Assembly (NCBI GenBank): GCA_938091905.1
Contig: CALKOM010000080.1
Span: 1 to 41,931 of the forward strand
Direction: 5' to 3'
DNA from: an uncultured Verrucomicrobiales bacterium
GTDB lineage: Bacteria > Verrucomicrobiota > Verrucomicrobiia > Verrucomicrobiales > DEV007
Length of the DNA: 41,931 bases
Below, one piece after another: positions 39,665 to 41,931 of the stretch. The notes under the pieces were generated by a model. The model saw only the letters and a list, made by a program, of their open reading frames with translations, was not told where the DNA came from and made no database searches. The stretch's first letter is position 1, and each line of letters opens with the position of its first letter. Position numbers and translations under genes: made by a program.

Positions 39665-40647
39665 TTTAGACGAGCGTCTCCCATGGTTTTGCGGGAGAGA
39701 TCGATCCGAAAGCGATAGTGATAGAGCTGCTCTTGACGGTAGAATGGTAGGTGATAAAGGTATTTGTTGGTGAGGACTTCGCTTGGGAGACTTGGGCCCC
39801 AGAAGCCGCGATCAATGATCTTTGGTTTGGCCGGTTTAATCATGGGGACTTGGTAGGGCTGATCCCAAGGGATGAATTTGGGGCGTGCCGTATGTTGGAT
39901 GGAAAAGTAGCCGGGTTCTTTCTCCAACTGATCGGTGGTTTCTTCTCCTCGGCGTCGCCATTTATGGGGCTCGGCTGCGACTTCCTTCGGGATGTGTTCT
40001 TCGGTCCTAACGGGAAGGTTCTTAGGTAGGCGTTCTGCGCGAATGCGGCGTTTGCCTCTTGGCTTCTTTTTGGCCGGAGTGGTGGTTATTTCTCCTTTGG
40101 CCTCTTGTGGGGCCTTTTCGGCAGGTCTTCCTCCTTGAAGAGGTCTAGGTAGTCGATGCCTTCTTCGCTCTTGCGTCCATAGAGTTGCCTTTTGAGATAC
40201 TCGACTTGTTGCTGGAGAATGGCAATTTGCTCAGCCTGTTTCTTATTGATCTTAATGCTAACATCGATGTCAGCTACCTTTCCCAACTAAAGCTATTGGC
40301 TTGTTAGTCATGTCGAGGTTGCTTCTTGTGTGAGCAGCGTTTCATACCAAACACGTTGCAGGCCGTCTTTGAGATCGATGCTATTGAGCAGAATTTCGAG
40401 GGGTTCGGGTTTGAGTGCTAACTTGGTGGATTTTGTTTTTAATCCTTGGGGGCGACAGAAGCGGCCTTGTGCAAGCTGCTTTGCCACGACCCAGAGTCCC
40501 GCACCATCCCAAAAAGACGAAGATTTTTCGGGAGAGTGGATCATCTTTGAGTTGCTCGCGCACGATAACACTTAAGCTATCAAAACTCTTGCGCAGATCG
40601 CAGGGCTCTGTGCCAAGGCAGACTTTGGCGCTGTGTGTGTAGATCAT
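39661..40647 (-). mobile_element. IS66-family remnant: frameshifted tnpB-like accessory gene (40308-40647) and truncated tnpC transposase (39661-40286)
   Basis: PCDLRKSFDSL..DPLS..IFVF / WDGAGLWV..K.L..GRF (IS66 Orf2). LKRQLYGRKSE and KY..HLPFYRQ..IDLSRKTM (TnpC N-half); the DDE part is absent. Confidence 0.9.
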
Positions 40648-40854
40648 GCGTGGCCTTTATTAGGAGCGAAGACACGGAGAACCATCCCTAATCCCAGATA
40701 TATATATCGGCAATGGGCGTGGATATCCCTCTAACGGGAGAACTTGGTGGTTCTACTGTCAGCTCAACGAACTCTGCTGGCTGAGGCACGATCGCTGTCG
40801 ACTTTGAGGGCTTTCTACGATAAAGGCGTTTCCATGCCATGAAGCTGCCCCAGG

Positions 40855-41082
40855 GCAGGTTAAACTCTCGTCGGGATCAGTCGTCAACCACAGTTTATCA
40901 TACTCCTCTGAAACTAACCAGTCTTCGACTAATCGCATAAGCGACCTTCCTACCACTTGGTTCTGGAAATCGTTCAATACAGCGATCACCCACATCCCTC
41001 CGATCTGTTTATCGCCCATCACAAATCCGAAGATTCCTCCATTGGAACAACAAGCCAGCCACGGTGATTTGTCAGCAATACC
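40855..41082 (-). pseudogene. Second GNAT acetyltransferase remnant
   Basis: GFVMGD...MWVIAVL..FQ.Q.VGRSLM..VEDWL....LWLTT; HRGWL lies in another frame; 5' end cut by the IS end at 41083. Confidence 0.7.
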
Positions 41083-41102
41083 TAGGGCTAATCCATTAAT
41101 TC
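41083..41102. repeat. Isolated IS end TAGGGCTAATCCATTAATTC
   Basis: Exact reverse complement of 120-139. Confidence 0.85.
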
Positions 41103-41105
41103 GCT

Positions 41106-41545
41106 TAGAGCACTAACTCATTGACTGTCAGTTCACGATGGTGATATATATCGCTTGCAGATCCACTTCTATGACTGACAAACATCTCATTGATTCGGCT
41201 ACGTGGGCCAAGTTGCGCCCCTTACTTACGCTTTGAAGCAGTGTGGCTTTTCTAATCGAGGCCGCAAGAGAATGGACCATCGCACCTTTGTTTCCGCACT
41301 GGTCTTTCTTGGAAAGCGGGGATGTTGGTGGATTGACCTACCACCATCTTTCGGAAAGTACAAGAGTATTCATGCTCGATTTACAAACTGGAGTCGAAGA
41401 GAGGTGGTTCTGGCATTCTTCAACGCTGTTCGGGATGCCAAAGATCTATCTCTCCTGCGATTCGTTGATGCTTCTTTTGTGAAATGCTCGATTGCCTGCT
41501 TAACGGGGCGAGGCGCTGGGCCGCAGGAGCTTACAGGAAAGACGA
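41106..41545 (+). mobile_element. IS5-family transposase remnant (DUF4096-type N-terminus, truncated)
   Basis: ATG 41171 MTDKHLIDSATWAKLRPLL, frameshift, then RGR...DHR....GCWW.DLP..FG.YKSIH.RF..WS..G/E and FVDASFVK; candidate end TAGAGCACTAACTCATT at 41106. Confidence 0.8.
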
Positions 41546-41615
41546 TCTTGTTTTCCGGCCTGCTGAGAGAAAGGCTGCTCGAGTCTTCATATTCTCCAGG
41601 ATGCCTTTCTTTCCT

Positions 41616-41931
41616 TGGAGTTCCCCCAAGAAAGTGGATATGGACCGGACATATCGCTCTGTTAGTTTAGGTGGGTTTTCTGAGTTTGGAAGTGTTGATT
41701 GAGGAAAGTTTCAGGCGAGACGTTTCCGAGTGAGTTATGGCGCCGTTTGTCGTTATAGAAGACTTCTAGGTTGTCGAAGATAGTTCTCCAAGCTTTGGCT
41801 TTGGTATCGAAGCAACAGTCTTCAGGGAAGCTCTCCCGTTTGAGGCTCGCGAAGAAGCTTTCGTTGGCGGCATTGTCATAGCAGTAGCCTTTCGCGCTCA
41901 TGCTCTGAGGCAGACCATAGAGCGCTATGAC
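41616..41931 (-). mobile_element. IS3-family element, 3' end (integrase-core C-terminus 41662..>41931 and terminal repeat)
   Basis: SMSAKG.CYDNAANESFF.SLK.E ... FYN.KRRH.SLG..SP..F; TG-starting end TGGAGTTCCCCCAAGAAAGTGGATA at 41616. Confidence 0.9.

Noticed and set aside
40308..40647. RNA-guided TnpB nuclease
   Set aside because: The IS66 'tnpB' accessory protein is unrelated to IS200/IS605 TnpB; no RuvC motifs are present.
140..41082. A mobile composite transposon or genomic island spanning the window
   Set aside because: The cargo is single-copy housekeeping genes (lysS, recA, coaD), the right IS copy is only a ~20-bp stub, and the outer ends are not visible.
1..41931. tRNA, rRNA, riboswitch, prophage or anti-phage defence genes
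   Set aside because: No cloverleaf, rRNA-like tract, known riboswitch consensus or phage/defence protein motif was recognised by eye; an Infernal scan would be needed to exclude small RNAs.

Overview
Chromosomal segment of a Verrucomicrobiota (PVC) bacterium, inferred from two PVC-type CxxCH heme proteins, a TIGR02597-like gene and a Verrucomicrobia-type LexA box before recA. Intact genes: two sulfatases, two large PVC-type dehydrogenase/cytochrome c proteins, a divergent nagZ/namZ pair, rsfS, cinA, a DsbD-N-like protein, lysS, rseP, recA, coaD, an SDR, a cold-shock protein, thiG, a hemQ/chdC-like gene, a DUF721/DciA-like gene, a glcF-like gene and a DUF1080 gene. Between them lie at least seven multiply broken genes: a discoidin+TIGR02597-like protein, a Zn-ribbon protein, an SGNH hydrolase, a lamin-tail/CotH protein, an S41 peptidase and two GNATs. 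IS debris occupies both ends: IS5 on the left; IS66, IS5 and IS3 on the right, with an identical inverted 20-bp IS end at 120 and 41083. The most notable items are (i) a stand-alone protein fusing a histone-H1-like KAAPK tail to two AP2/IBD-like DNA-binding domains, (ii) a ~100-aa module (DxDGD..ALGT..SxDLxxW..F/YxRL) shared by three otherwise unrelated, probably secreted proteins, all pseudogenised, (iii) a long G:U-biased RNA hairpin behind recA and (iv) a pseudokinase. No rRNA, tRNA or CRISPR array was recognised. All family calls are from motif recognition by eye; no searches were run.
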